From Lysobacterales bacterium (GTDB taxonomy: Bacteria; Pseudomonadota; Gammaproteobacteria; Xanthomonadales; SZUA-5): 64,000 nt of DNA. Below the pieces are notes generated by a model, which did not search any database, was not told where the DNA came from, and saw nothing but the letters and a program-made list of their open reading frames with translations. Positions 9,983-19,081 of the stretch are shown in pieces. The number at the start of each line of letters is the position of its first letter. The stretch's first letter is position 1. The translations under genes were made by a program, and so were the position numbers. Location of the stretch: contig JALHMH010000002.1 of assembly GCA_022844165.1 (NCBI GenBank), forward strand, positions 32,001-96,000, read 5' to 3'.

Positions 9983-10234
9983 ATGAGCACGACAACCCGC
10001 GACCGCCAGGAGATCGTCGATGAACTCGGCGAGATCCAGTCGCAGATCCTCGAACTGGTCGAGCAGGCCCGCGCACTCCTGCGCAACAACCAATACCAGG
10101 GGGCGCTGGCGCGCGCCGAGTCCTACTGGATCGCGCACGTCACCACCGCGATCAGCAACAACCACGGCTACCTCGGCAAATCGATGGTGAGCCTGCAGGA
10201 CACCATCGAGGAAATCGAGAACGACGAAGACTGA
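9983..10234 (+). CDS. Small hypothetical protein (cassette 1)
   Basis: MSTTTRDRQEIVDELGEIQ..., 83 aa; GGAG RBS; motif copy 1 upstream. Confidence 0.75.
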   Translation: MSTTTRDRQEIVDELGEIQSQILELVEQARALLRNNQYQGALARAESYWIAHVTTAISNNHGYLGKSMVSLQDTIEEIENDED

Positions 10235-10242
10235 CGCCCTGC

Positions 10243-10267
10243 GCCGGGCGGGGACCTCCCGCCCGGC
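10243..10267 (+). terminator. GC-rich hairpin after cassette 1
   Basis: GCCGGGCGGG-GACCT-CCCGCCCGGC perfect 10-bp stem; no clear U-tract. Confidence 0.45.
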
Positions 10268-10350
10268 CTGGTCATCGGATTGCGCTTGGCTTCACCCGCG
10301 AACAGCGCGTTTATCACGCACCACACCCAACCCAACCACGGAGCACCACC

Positions 10351-10941
10351 ATGAGCGCGAATCCACTGACCCCCGCCCAACACTTCATCCTGGCCGCCGC
10401 CATCGAACACACCGACGGCCGCATCGAACGCTTCCCGGACAACATCAAGGGTGGCGCGCGCAGCAAGGTGCTGGACGGCCTCTTTAATCGCGCACTGATC
10501 ACGCCCAACGGCGATGGCTGGAGCGTCGCCGCCGAAGGCTACGACGCACTGGGCGCGCCGCGTCCACGTGCCAACGCGCGGCGGATCTCCATCTTCGAAG
10601 CCAAACTGGACGCGATCATCGCCGCCGCCGAAGGAACGGACGCGCCGGAAGCCCATCGCGAGCCCGACGACGTCGCCATCGAAGGCGAAGTTGCCACCGC
10701 CGAGGCGTCCTTCACGGCCCCAGCCACGACGCCGCGCACGCGCGAGAACAGCAAGCAGGCGGAGGTCATCCGCATGCTCCGCCGCCCCGAAGGCGCGACG
10801 ATCCGCCAGATCTGCGAGGCCACCGGATGGCAGCAGCACACGGTGCGCGGGACGTTTGCCGGCGCCTTCAAGAAGAAGCTCGGCATGACCCTGACCTCCG
10901 ATAAGCACCCGGGCGCAGAACGGGTCTACCGCGCCGCCTGA
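10351..10941 (+). CDS. DUF3489-like protein with C-terminal HTH
   Basis: SKQAEVIRMLRRPEGATIRQICEATGWQQHTVRG signature. Confidence 0.85.
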   Translation: MSANPLTPAQHFILAAAIEHTDGRIERFPDNIKGGARSKVLDGLFNRALITPNGDGWSVAAEGYDALGAPRPRANARRISIFEAKLDAIIAAAEGTDAPEAHREPDDVAIEGEVATAEASFTAPATTPRTRENSKQAEVIRMLRRPEGATIRQICEATGWQQHTVRGTFAGAFKKKLGMTLTSDKHPGAERVYRAA

Positions 10942-11032
10942 AACAGGATCGGGAAGCCGGGCGAAAACGCTTGGCTTCCCGATTGAACAGCGCGTTCATG
11001 GGCTCGTCGCCAAACCACTCCGGAGCCCCGCC

Positions 11033-11245
11033 ATGAGCACCACCGACCTCTTCACCCGCATCGCCCAGACGCATCTTTCCATCGAAACCCTGGAGACGCG
11101 CCACCGCGACAGCCTGGACTTTCACGACGTCGGCGTCTGGTGCGTGCGTGACGCCCTGCAGGCCGCGTACGACGCTGGACTGGCGGAAGGCCGCAGGAAC
11201 GCCACGGCAGCGCGCGTTGCGGCGACGGCCGAGTCCAAGCAATAG
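11033..11245 (+). CDS. Small phage protein (DUF6900-like)
   Basis: IETLETRHRDSLDFHDVGVWCVRDALQAAY. Confidence 0.75.
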   Translation: MSTTDLFTRIAQTHLSIETLETRHRDSLDFHDVGVWCVRDALQAAYDAGLAEGRRNATAARVAATAESKQ

Positions 11246-11310
11246 ATGCTTGGCTTCGGACGCGAACAGCGCGTTCATGTCCCTACACCACCACAACCAC
11301 GGAGCGCCCC

Positions 11311-11631
11311 ATGATTGAGAACTTGAAAGTCCGATTCGTCCGCAAGCCGCAAGACCTCGACGACGTGCTCGGGAGCATCCACGGCGAGTGGGCGAATCGC
11401 ATCGAGATCCAAACGCGCAAGGCGCTGACCGAAGTCGAGTACGACGAGTTCGCCAGCACCCCGCTCGCAGACCGCGAATGGCTGGCGGGACTGGGTGGCT
11501 ACCTCGAAGGCAGCGGGCGCCGCGTCGTCGAGGTGACGGCGCCGAATCGCACCACGCTCTATGTCGACCCTTCCGGATCGACCTACGGGCGCTACGTTGG
11601 CCTCCGCGTCGACTGGGGGCCCGTGCCATGA
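11311..11631 (+). CDS. Hypothetical phage protein
   Basis: 106 aa, RBS GGAG, motif copy 4 upstream; YVDPSGSTYGRYVG. Confidence 0.75.
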   Translation: MIENLKVRFVRKPQDLDDVLGSIHGEWANRIEIQTRKALTEVEYDEFASTPLADREWLAGLGGYLEGSGRRVVEVTAPNRTTLYVDPSGSTYGRYVGLRVDWGPVP

Positions 11632-11840
11632 CGAGCAACGTGGATTTTCATCTGCAGCAACTGCACCCCTTGGTCGGCGGCACCATCACCGCATTGGCCC
11701 GAACCGGCCCCGGCGAAGACGCCTTCGAGGAAGAGTTCTTCGGGCTGGTCGTCACGCTGCCGAACGGCCAGCGACGGACGCTGATTCTGCTGTCCGATGC
11801 CGAGGGCAACGGCCCGGGGAGTTTCGAGATCGTCGATTGA
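11628..11840 (+). CDS. Small hypothetical protein
   Basis: MTSNVDFHLQQL...DAEGNGPGSFEIVD, ATGA overlap with upstream gene. Confidence 0.65.
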   Translation: MTSNVDFHLQQLHPLVGGTITALARTGPGEDAFEEEFFGLVVTLPNGQRRTLILLSDAEGNGPGSFEIVD

Positions 11841-11945
11841 ACGAGCTCGAACTTGTTCGAAGATTCTCCGGCAGAACGCTTGGCTTTGAGGTCGAACAGC
11901 GCGTTCATGGGCTCGTCGCCACCCACCCACGCCAAGGAGTCCACC

Positions 11946-12311
11946 ATGACCCAGACCGCCAACATCCCCGCCAGCCGCAACGAAGGCTGGGGCCTATACG
12001 GCACGATGAACGAGCATGCCGAGGCCGCATGGCCACTGGCCATGAGCGCCGTCGCCAACGCCACCGGCGAGTCCCTCGACACCGTGCGCGCGTTTCTCGA
12101 CAGCCGATTTGGCCGCCACTACGCCGACAGCGTCCTGGATGCTTTCGACGACAGCCGCAGCCTGACAGACGCCATCGACGCCGCCACGCGCAAGTGGATG
12201 GAGTGGACGATTGACCGCCATACCAGCAGGAACTACGGCATCCCGCGCGGGCTGCCTTACCTGACAGGCTTTGTGATCCACTGCGGAATCTGCGACGAAA
12301 TGGCCGCCTGA
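11946..12311 (+). CDS. Hypothetical phage protein
   Basis: MTQTANIPASRNEGWGLYGTM...FLDSRFGRHYAD; AAGGAG RBS; motif copy 5 upstream. Confidence 0.75.
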   Translation: MTQTANIPASRNEGWGLYGTMNEHAEAAWPLAMSAVANATGESLDTVRAFLDSRFGRHYADSVLDAFDDSRSLTDAIDAATRKWMEWTIDRHTSRNYGIPRGLPYLTGFVIHCGICDEMAA

Positions 12312-12535
12312 TGAATACGCCCGCCACCGAACGGGAGCAGGCGCTGCGTTGGCTGATCGCCAACCGGCGTCCGGACGTCTCCATCGAACAGGCCGTGCGC
12401 TTGATGTGCACGGTGCTGCCCCGCGATCTCACCACGATGCAACTGCTGCGGCGCATCGCGGAGGAGGAAGACGCCAAAGCGCCTTCGCAGCGATTCAGCA
12501 GGCGCATGCATCCTGGTCTGCCGCCTCGCGGATAG
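12311..12535 (+). CDS. Small hypothetical protein
   Basis: 74 aa, translationally coupled (TGATG); converges on MTase. Confidence 0.55.
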   Translation: MNTPATEREQALRWLIANRRPDVSIEQAVRLMCTVLPRDLTTMQLLRRIAEEEDAKAPSQRFSRRMHPGLPPRG

Positions 12536-13736
12536 CCTCCTTGCCGGTGAAGTCTTCCCAACGCTGCACGATCACGTCGGCGTATTTCGGATCCAACTCC
12601 ATCACACGCGCCACGCGCCCGGACTTCTCCGCGGCGATCAGCGTGGTGCCGGAGCCGCCGAACGGATCGAGCACCACGTCGCCCGGGCGCGAGCTGTTGC
12701 GCAATGCGCGCTCGACCAGCTCGACCGGCTTCATGGTCGGATGCAGATCGTTCTTCTGCGGCTTCTTGATCTGCCAGACATCACTCTGGTCACGGTCGCC
12801 GCACCAATGGCGCTGCGCGCCCTCGGGCCACCCGTACAGGATCGGCTCGTACTGGCGCTGGTAGTCGGCGCGGCCCAGCGTAAAAGTGTGCTTGGCCCAG
12901 ATGATGAAGGTCGACCACTTGCCGCCTGCGGCGCGGAATGCGGCCTGCAGTACGTCGAGTTCGCTTGAGGACATAGCCACGTAGATGCCGCCGCGACAGT
13001 GGGCCAGGATCGGCGTCAGCGCCGCCAGCAGGAAATCGTAGAAGCCGTCACCGAGATTGTCGTTGAGGATCGCGCGGTCCTTCCCGCGCAGCTTGTCCTT
13101 CGCACTGTTGGCGTAGTTCACGTTGTAGGGCGGGTCGGTGAACACCATGTCTACCGCCTCGCCATCAAGCAGCGTGTCGTAGCTCGCGGCCACCGTCGCA
13201 TCGCCACAGAGCAGACGGTGCGGACCCAGTCGCCAGACGTCGCCGGGGCGCGATACCGGCGTCTCGCCGACCTCGGGCACCGCATCCTCATCGGTCTGGC
13301 CCTCGTTGACCGGCTCGTCGCCCGCCATCAACTCGGCCAGCGCATCGGCGTCGAAGCCGGTCAGGTCAAGATCGAAGCCTTCGTCCTGCAGGTCGGCCAA
13401 CTCCACGCGGAGCATGGCTTCGTCCCACTCGGCGTTCTCGGCGATGCGGTTGTCGGCGATGACCAGGGCGCGACGTTGGGTCGCCGTGAGGTGGTCGAGC
13501 ACGACCACCGGCACTGATGCCAGGCCGAGCTTCTGCGCGGCGGCCAGTCGTCCATGGCCGGCGACAATGACCCCATCGCTGCCGGCAAGAATTGGGTTTG
13601 TGAAGCCAAATTCCGCAATGCTCGCGGCGATCTGCGCGACCTGCGCGTCCGAATGGGTGCGCGCGTTGCGGGCATAGGGGATCAGTTTGTCGGTGGGCCA
13701 GGGCGCGATCTTGTCGGCCAGCCACGACACGCTCAC
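12495..13736 (-). CDS. ParB-N-fused N6A/N4C DNA methyltransferase
   Basis: N-terminal ParB (AGHGRL), TDPPYN catalytic motif, HPTMKP, DPFGGSGTT SAM motif. Confidence 0.93.
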   Translation of the reverse strand: MSVSWLADKIAPWPTDKLIPYARNARTHSDAQVAQIAASIAEFGFTNPILAGSDGVIVAGHGRLAAAQKLGLASVPVVVLDHLTATQRRALVIADNRIAENAEWDEAMLRVELADLQDEGFDLDLTGFDADALAELMAGDEPVNEGQTDEDAVPEVGETPVSRPGDVWRLGPHRLLCGDATVAASYDTLLDGEAVDMVFTDPPYNVNYANSAKDKLRGKDRAILNDNLGDGFYDFLLAALTPILAHCRGGIYVAMSSSELDVLQAAFRAAGGKWSTFIIWAKHTFTLGRADYQRQYEPILYGWPEGAQRHWCGDRDQSDVWQIKKPQKNDLHPTMKPVELVERALRNSSRPGDVVLDPFGGSGTTLIAAEKSGRVARVMELDPKYADVIVQRWEDFTGKEAIREAADQDACAC

Positions 13737-15145
13737 GGTGCCTCCGGCGCGGCGCGCGCGGCGCGCGCAGCGGCGACGCCCGCAAAGGGTTGTCCGGTGG
13801 CCTGAAGGTGCACCGGCTCGTTTGGAAAGTGCTGCTGAAACCGGCGAATGGCCACGTCGACATACTCGGGCGCGATCTCCACGGCGCGCGCCAGGCGTCC
13901 GGTGCGCTGCGCGGCGAGGATCGTCGTGCCGGAGCCGCAGAACGGTTCGAACACGATCTCACCCTCAGCCGTGTAGGCCTCGATGACGAACTGGGGCAGG
14001 GCCACCGGGAACACCGCGGGATGGTCGATGCCTTCGCCGATCTTGCCCTTATGGCGCATGACCCGGATCACCGAGTCGGGAATGCGATGGTCCTGCGTCG
14101 GTTGGCCGGCATGGGTCCAACCACCGACATCGCCGTCCTTGCCGCGCAGGGCGGTCGACGAGCCATCGGCGCGCAGGTGCGTGTCTTGTCCTGCGAACTT
14201 GCAGGGCACGGTCTTGTTCGGTTTGCGGGTGTCGCGATTGAAATGGAAGACGAACTCGAAGCTCGGCGCTAGGCGACCGGCCCAGTCGCCCGGCATACCC
14301 GGACCCTGATCCCAGACGTACCACGCGAAGCGACGCCAGCCCTGTGTGCGCATCCAGCCGAGCCACGCATCCCAGTACGGGATGAACTCGTTGTCTCGAT
14401 GGATCAGGCCGAGGTTCACCAGGACCTGGCCATCGTCGGCCATCGGCAGAGGTACGAACACGCCGCGCATCAGTGCATCCCAATCGGCAATGCCGCCGGA
14501 GGTGTAGTCGCGCTGGTTGCCATAGGGCGGCGAGGTGAAGCACAACTGCGCGCGGTCATCCTGCATCAGCAAGTCGATCACGCTGCGGTCCGCGGCATCG
14601 CCGCAGATCAGGCGGTGCGCGCCGAGCAGCCAGACGTCGCCCGGGCGCGATACCGCGACGGTCGGTGCATCGGGCACCTCGTCGGCGGCATCGTCATCCT
14701 GCGGGGCTTCGTCGCTCTCCTCCGGATCGCCGGCATCGGTGTCGTTGAGCAGGGAATGCAGTTCGGCATCGTCGAAGCCCGTCAACGCCAAATCGAATCC
14801 GGCGTCGGTCAGCTCGGCCAGTTCTACCGTCAACAGTTCCTCGTCCCAACCAGCGTCCAGCGCCAGACGATTGTCGGCAATGACATAGGCGCGCTTCTGC
14901 GCCGGCGACAGGTGCGCTAGCTCGATCACTGGCACGTCGGCCAAGCCCAGCTTGCGCGCGGCCGCCAAACGTCCGTGACCCGCGATGACACCCTGGACCG
15001 CATCCACCAGGATCGGCGTCGTCCAGCCGAACTCGGCGATGCTCGCGGCGATCTTGGCGATCTGCGCATCGCTATGCGTGCGCGGATTGCGGGCGTAGGG
15101 AATCAGCGTCTCGACCTGGCGGTACTCGACGTGGAGCGGGTTCAC
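13733..15145 (-). CDS. ParB-N-fused DNA methyltransferase (SPPY, likely N4C)
   Basis: GTG start 15145 (NPLHVEYRQVETL); AGHGRL, TSPPY, HPAVFP, EPFCGSGTT. Confidence 0.92.
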   Translation of the reverse strand: MNPLHVEYRQVETLIPYARNPRTHSDAQIAKIAASIAEFGWTTPILVDAVQGVIAGHGRLAAARKLGLADVPVIELAHLSPAQKRAYVIADNRLALDAGWDEELLTVELAELTDAGFDLALTGFDDAELHSLLNDTDAGDPEESDEAPQDDDAADEVPDAPTVAVSRPGDVWLLGAHRLICGDAADRSVIDLLMQDDRAQLCFTSPPYGNQRDYTSGGIADWDALMRGVFVPLPMADDGQVLVNLGLIHRDNEFIPYWDAWLGWMRTQGWRRFAWYVWDQGPGMPGDWAGRLAPSFEFVFHFNRDTRKPNKTVPCKFAGQDTHLRADGSSTALRGKDGDVGGWTHAGQPTQDHRIPDSVIRVMRHKGKIGEGIDHPAVFPVALPQFVIEAYTAEGEIVFEPFCGSGTTILAAQRTGRLARAVEIAPEYVDVAIRRFQQHFPNEPVHLQATGQPFAGVAAARAARAAPEAP

Positions 15146-15161
15146 GCGGATGCGGGTCCTG

Positions 15162-15197
15162 AAAACGAAAAACCCGCCGACGAAAGCCGTGGCGGGT
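15162..15197 (-). terminator. Intrinsic terminator upstream of methyltransferase genes
   Basis: Minus strand ACCCGCC-ACGGCTTTCGTC-GGCGGGT followed by TTTTCGTTTT. Confidence 0.65.
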
Positions 15198-15218
15198 GGA
15201 GTGGAATCGATGGTGGGG

Positions 15219-15326
15219 TGCGAACCTGCGAACCGCGCGAACCGTGCGAACCTCAGTTCGCAACCAGACGCTAGGGAAGCGTCGCGCTCGTCCCCCCCCG
15301 TATGGAACATCCCACAGGAAGGACCC
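15219..15326 (-). other. cos packaging site (cosQ-cosN-cosB-like)
   Basis: Minus strand GGGTCCT (lambda cosQ), then TACG-GGGGGGGACGAG-CGCG matching the lambda TACG-12mer-CGCG frame, then one inverted plus four direct GCGAAC(C) repeats. Confidence 0.75.
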
Positions 15327-15615
15327 CTTTTTCTCCGGCAGCGTGGCGTCAAAGCCACTGTGGCTTCATCGCCACTCCGGTCGTCTCGCCAGAGCCTCGT
15401 CCGAGGGGTTCAGAGCCAGCATGGATCGAAATCTACCATCGCCATCGGCTTTTGTTGCACGCCGAAAAACGGGCCGACTTGGCACTTGTCCGCAGTCGTC
15501 CGCAGCGGTTCGAAGGCATCGGAAACCGCATCCGATCATCCCCAGCAACCCGCAATCGTCCGCTCGAACCCGATCGACTTGGTGTTCGTACTCACCTGTC
15601 GTACGTTCAACCCCA

Positions 15616-15709
15616 GAGTGGCAGATGAGGCGGTTTATGTCGTTAACGCCTCGCGTGTGCGCGTACACGGTATGGAGGGTAACGACATAACCTGCCTCAT
15701 CTGCCACTC
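15616..15709. repeat. Long imperfect inverted repeat (hairpin)
   Basis: GAGTGGCAGATGAGGC..TTATGTCGTTA pairs with TAACGACATAA..GCCTCATCTGCCACTC (16-bp and 11-bp perfect blocks). Confidence 0.85.
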
Positions 15710-16051
15710 GGGTGGGTCCGGTGACCCTGTTCAGGGCGTTTCCGTCGCTTCGCCTTCTCCCGTGCCAGGTTATTGGGCTGGGGGTCGTGGGGGGCACGTT
15801 CGTCAGATCGGGCCAGGACTCCGCGTACTGCTCCGACTCTTGGCAACTGAACGACCCTCACGTTCGATATTCAAGCCAGGTCCACTAGACTGCCTGCCAC
15901 GTGCCGCAAAGATTGCGAAACACAGCGAATCGCAGTTTCAAGGAATGTACGGCAAGGCCGATCTGTCTCAGCACGAGTGAACCATGGACGAAGTCCATAC
16001 GCTGTTCGGGAACGATTCGGATTGAGGCGGGCAGGCACTGGGAGCGGTTGG

Positions 16052-17968
16052 ATGGGGCGAGCATATCGTGATGAATTGACTGAATTGGCGGCGACCCAAG
16101 CGGGGGTGCCAGCGGAAGTGCCGGCACGACTCGCGGCGCTGGCGTCCCAGGCAAGCGATTTCGGACTGGTGGTGGTCGCCTCCGGCGGCGCCAAGGTCGT
16201 TGCCGAGTGGGCCAGTCGGTTGCAGCGCATGACTTTCGGGTGTGCAGCAGTTGCGATGACTCCCCTGGAATACGCCGCCCTTCCAGTGCCGGTGCGCGCG
16301 ACGACATGGCTGATTTCCGCTGGCGGGCGGCATGCAGACATTTTGCAGGCCGCTCGCTCGGCCGCCTCACGCGGCGACGCCTGTGTCGTCGGACTGATTG
16401 GCCAGCCGGAGTCGCCGCTGCAGGCGCTGCTCAAGTCCGAGTTACGAAGCGACGTCGTCGATTTCGGATTGCCGCCCGGGCAGGATGGCTTCTTGGCCAC
16501 CAACAGTGTCTGGGCAATGGCATGTGCGCTCGCGAGAGCCTATTCCCGATGGCTGCCAGTGGCTGGTGCTTTGGACAACGTCCAGTGCGAGCGCCTGTTG
16601 GCTTGGGGTGCGGAAGCGGCGCGGGCCGTCACGACCGTCGAGCTAGTCGGTCGCGAAGTAGTGGTGCTACACGACGCATGGACGAGCTTGGGTGCACAGG
16701 ACCTCGAGGCCCGCTTGACGGAGACGTCTCTGGCGAACCTGTGGATCTCGGATTTCCGCAATTTCGGCCATGGCCGGCACTTCTGGTTTGCCGATCGCAC
16801 CGACCGGACGTTGCTCGTGTCGCTAGGCTCACCCGCTTCGGCAAGCGTCTCGGCGCCCACACTGGACGTGCTTCCCGAAACTCTGTCTACGCTACCTTTA
16901 TGTATGCCCGACGATGGCATTGCCGGCGCGTTGGCCAGTCTTGCGTGGTCGATGCACATCACCGCCCGATGGGCGTCGGAAATCGGGCGTGACCCTGGCA
17001 GGCCCGGTGTTCCCCGCTTTGGCGAACGGCTCTATGAAGGCGGCTTTCCTTACCCGGACACAGTCAAAGTGGACGTTGATCAATACGCGCTCCTGCGCAA
17101 GTCCCCGCAAGCGTCGGTAACTGATGTTGCCGGAAACTGGCGCAAGGCGCTGGGGGACGCGCGTTCGCTCATGCGCGACACGCCGGTTTCCGCCGTGGTC
17201 ATGGACTACGACGGAACGATGGTGGACAGTCCCAAACGCTATCAACCTTTGGACGAATGCCTTGCCGTCGAGTTGCGCCGACTGCTCGACCTCGGCGTGA
17301 TTATTGGCGTGGCGACCGGACGCGGGGATTCGATCCAGAAGGAACTGCGTTCCGCGCTACCCGACGCGCGCCACTGGGCGCGAGTGATCGTCGGCTACCA
17401 CAACGGCGCCAAAGTGATGCGCCTAAATGAACCTGCGCCCGAACTGGATGGGGCTCCCGCCCACCCGGATCTGCGCAGCGCGTGTGACGTGCTCACCCGA
17501 GAAGTGGCAATGCGGAGCTTGGGAACGTTGCGTTGCCGCGAGCACCAACTCACCGTAACGGCGGTTGCCGGCCAGTCGCTCGCGCGCGCATGGAGAGCGA
17601 CGCGCGAGTGCTTGGACCGTAATGGCTTGGACGCCGTGCGTGTCTGGCTGAGTTCCCATTCCGTCGACGTCCTGTCCCCTTGCTGTTCCAAGCTTCATGT
17701 GGTTTCACGCGTCGCACAGGTGGCCGCCTGTTCGCCGCTAGAGGTATTGCGCATCGGCGATCGAGGTGCGTGGCCCGGCAACGATTGGGAACTTCTCGCC
17801 GCGCCACTGGGCGTGTCCGTCGATGAGTGCTCCAGCGACCCGACCGCGAGTTGGAGCCTTTTGCCGCCGACCCTGAAGGGAATGCGGGCCACGACGCACT
17901 TGCTGCGGTGCCTGCAGGTCGACGACCGGGGCCAGGTGCGATTCACTGAGGAGGTCAGCAGCGCATGA
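16052..17968 (+). CDS. SIS-SIS sugar-phosphate domain / HAD-IIB phosphatase fusion
   Basis: SIS-like ISAGGRHADIL..GQPESPL and NFGHGRH; HAD motifs DYDGT, ATGR, K, IGDRG..GND; start re-called at MGRAY. Confidence 0.8.
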   Translation: MGRAYRDELTELAATQAGVPAEVPARLAALASQASDFGLVVVASGGAKVVAEWASRLQRMTFGCAAVAMTPLEYAALPVPVRATTWLISAGGRHADILQAARSAASRGDACVVGLIGQPESPLQALLKSELRSDVVDFGLPPGQDGFLATNSVWAMACALARAYSRWLPVAGALDNVQCERLLAWGAEAARAVTTVELVGREVVVLHDAWTSLGAQDLEARLTETSLANLWISDFRNFGHGRHFWFADRTDRTLLVSLGSPASASVSAPTLDVLPETLSTLPLCMPDDGIAGALASLAWSMHITARWASEIGRDPGRPGVPRFGERLYEGGFPYPDTVKVDVDQYALLRKSPQASVTDVAGNWRKALGDARSLMRDTPVSAVVMDYDGTMVDSPKRYQPLDECLAVELRRLLDLGVIIGVATGRGDSIQKELRSALPDARHWARVIVGYHNGAKVMRLNEPAPELDGAPAHPDLRSACDVLTREVAMRSLGTLRCREHQLTVTAVAGQSLARAWRATRECLDRNGLDAVRVWLSSHSVDVLSPCCSKLHVVSRVAQVAACSPLEVLRIGDRGAWPGNDWELLAAPLGVSVDECSSDPTASWSLLPPTLKGMRATTHLLRCLQVDDRGQVRFTEEVSSA

Positions 17969-19074
17969 AGACCAATACGGCGCTGCGCCTGCTCGCTGGC
18001 GTGATGGACTGGACGGACGAAGAGGCACGGGAAGAGTTTCGGTGGATGGACCTAATGGCTCGCCTGAAATACGACGGCTACCGTGAGTTTTTGGCGGGAA
18101 TGCGATTCTTGGAGAGTTTGGTGGCGTGGCTGCAGCAGTTCTCGCAGTCTGACCGCGCGGCGGCGTACGCCTTTGTGCGAAAGCGACTCGTGTTCGTGAG
18201 CCCTGCGGAGCGCCAGCGGCTAGTCGAACTGCTGTACTCAACGGTCGTCTGGCCGGTACTGGTGAAGTCGGCCATGCAGTCGACCTCAGCCAAGTCCTGG
18301 GAAGTGCTCGTCAATGATGCCGCCCGGCAGCACATGCAGCGCGACTTGCGCTCGACCTTGTTTCTTGCGCTGAGCGACGGCGCACGACTGGACGCATTTC
18401 GCCATGCGAATGCCGGTCGGATTTCCAACGAGCAGGTCGTGGTGACAGTTGAGCCCTCCGACGACAAATGCAACGATCTGCTCGAGGAGTTGCGAAAGGA
18501 CGTGAGCGACCCGGTCGCGGTGTTTCGTCGGATCGTGTTAGTGGATGATTTCACCGCCTCGGGCACGTCGTTGGTGCGCAGTGAATCCGGCAAGTGGAAG
18601 GGCAAGTTGCCGAAATTTTTGCGCGCCATCAACCGCGTCAAGTTGGCGAGTGGACCTTTCGAACTGCTGGTTCACCACCTCATCGGAACGCCGAAGGCGC
18701 GAGATCACCTTGCCGCGGCGATCGACGGCTGCCGCGCGTCCGAGCCGAACTTATGGGCCAAGGTTGAAAACGCCGTTGTCCCTTCGTTCGGCCTGTTGTA
18801 CCCGGAAACCCTGCCACTCGACGCGACCACCGATTCGGACTTTGTTGCGCTCACCCAAGCCTATTACGACGCGGGTATCGAGACTAGCCATACGCTCAAA
18901 GGTGGCGTGAAGCACCTCGGGCTGGGGTATGCCGGCTGCGCGTTGCCCCTGGTGCTGGACCACAATACCCCCAATAACAGCGTCGCCCTACTTTGGGCGG
19001 AGACTGAAGTTGGCAAGTACGTCGGCCCGCGCCAAGTTCGTCCGCTCTTCCGTCGCCGACAGCGGCACTCCTAG
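17965..19074 (+). CDS. Phosphoribosyltransferase-like protein
   Basis: PRPP-binding loop IVLVDDFTASGTS; C-terminal LGY..CALPLVLDHNTPNNS; ATGA coupling. Confidence 0.75.
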   Translation: MKTNTALRLLAGVMDWTDEEAREEFRWMDLMARLKYDGYREFLAGMRFLESLVAWLQQFSQSDRAAAYAFVRKRLVFVSPAERQRLVELLYSTVVWPVLVKSAMQSTSAKSWEVLVNDAARQHMQRDLRSTLFLALSDGARLDAFRHANAGRISNEQVVVTVEPSDDKCNDLLEELRKDVSDPVAVFRRIVLVDDFTASGTSLVRSESGKWKGKLPKFLRAINRVKLASGPFELLVHHLIGTPKARDHLAAAIDGCRASEPNLWAKVENAVVPSFGLLYPETLPLDATTDSDFVALTQAYYDAGIETSHTLKGGVKHLGLGYAGCALPLVLDHNTPNNSVALLWAETEVGKYVGPRQVRPLFRRRQRHS

Positions 19075-19081
19075 GAACAAG

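Larger units (their letters stand above)
9909..11909 (+). repeat. Five copies of 32-bp motif GCTTGGCTT-N7-GAACAGCGYGTTYATS (9909, 10284, 10969, 11248, 11878)
   Basis: Direct alignment of five intergenic segments; each 31-42 nt upstream of an ATG preceded by GGAG. Confidence 0.92.

Noticed and set aside
9909-11909. Repeats as CRISPR array or integron attC sites
   Set aside because: Spacers are whole genes of 250-650 bp, the repeat lies 5' of each gene with promoter geometry, and there is no attC-type long dyad or tyrosine integrase
15245-15262. GCGAAC-N4-GTTCGC resembling a Gram-positive LexA box
   Set aside because: Host appears proteobacterial and the site is part of the cos-adjacent repeat series
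15616-15709. Hairpin as retron msd or DGR element
   Set aside because: No reverse transcriptase recognised anywhere in the window
15366-15797. 143-aa minus-strand ORF (and 15150..15980 plus-strand ORF)
   Set aside because: No recognisable motifs; overlaps the hairpin/cos regulatory DNA; likely spurious
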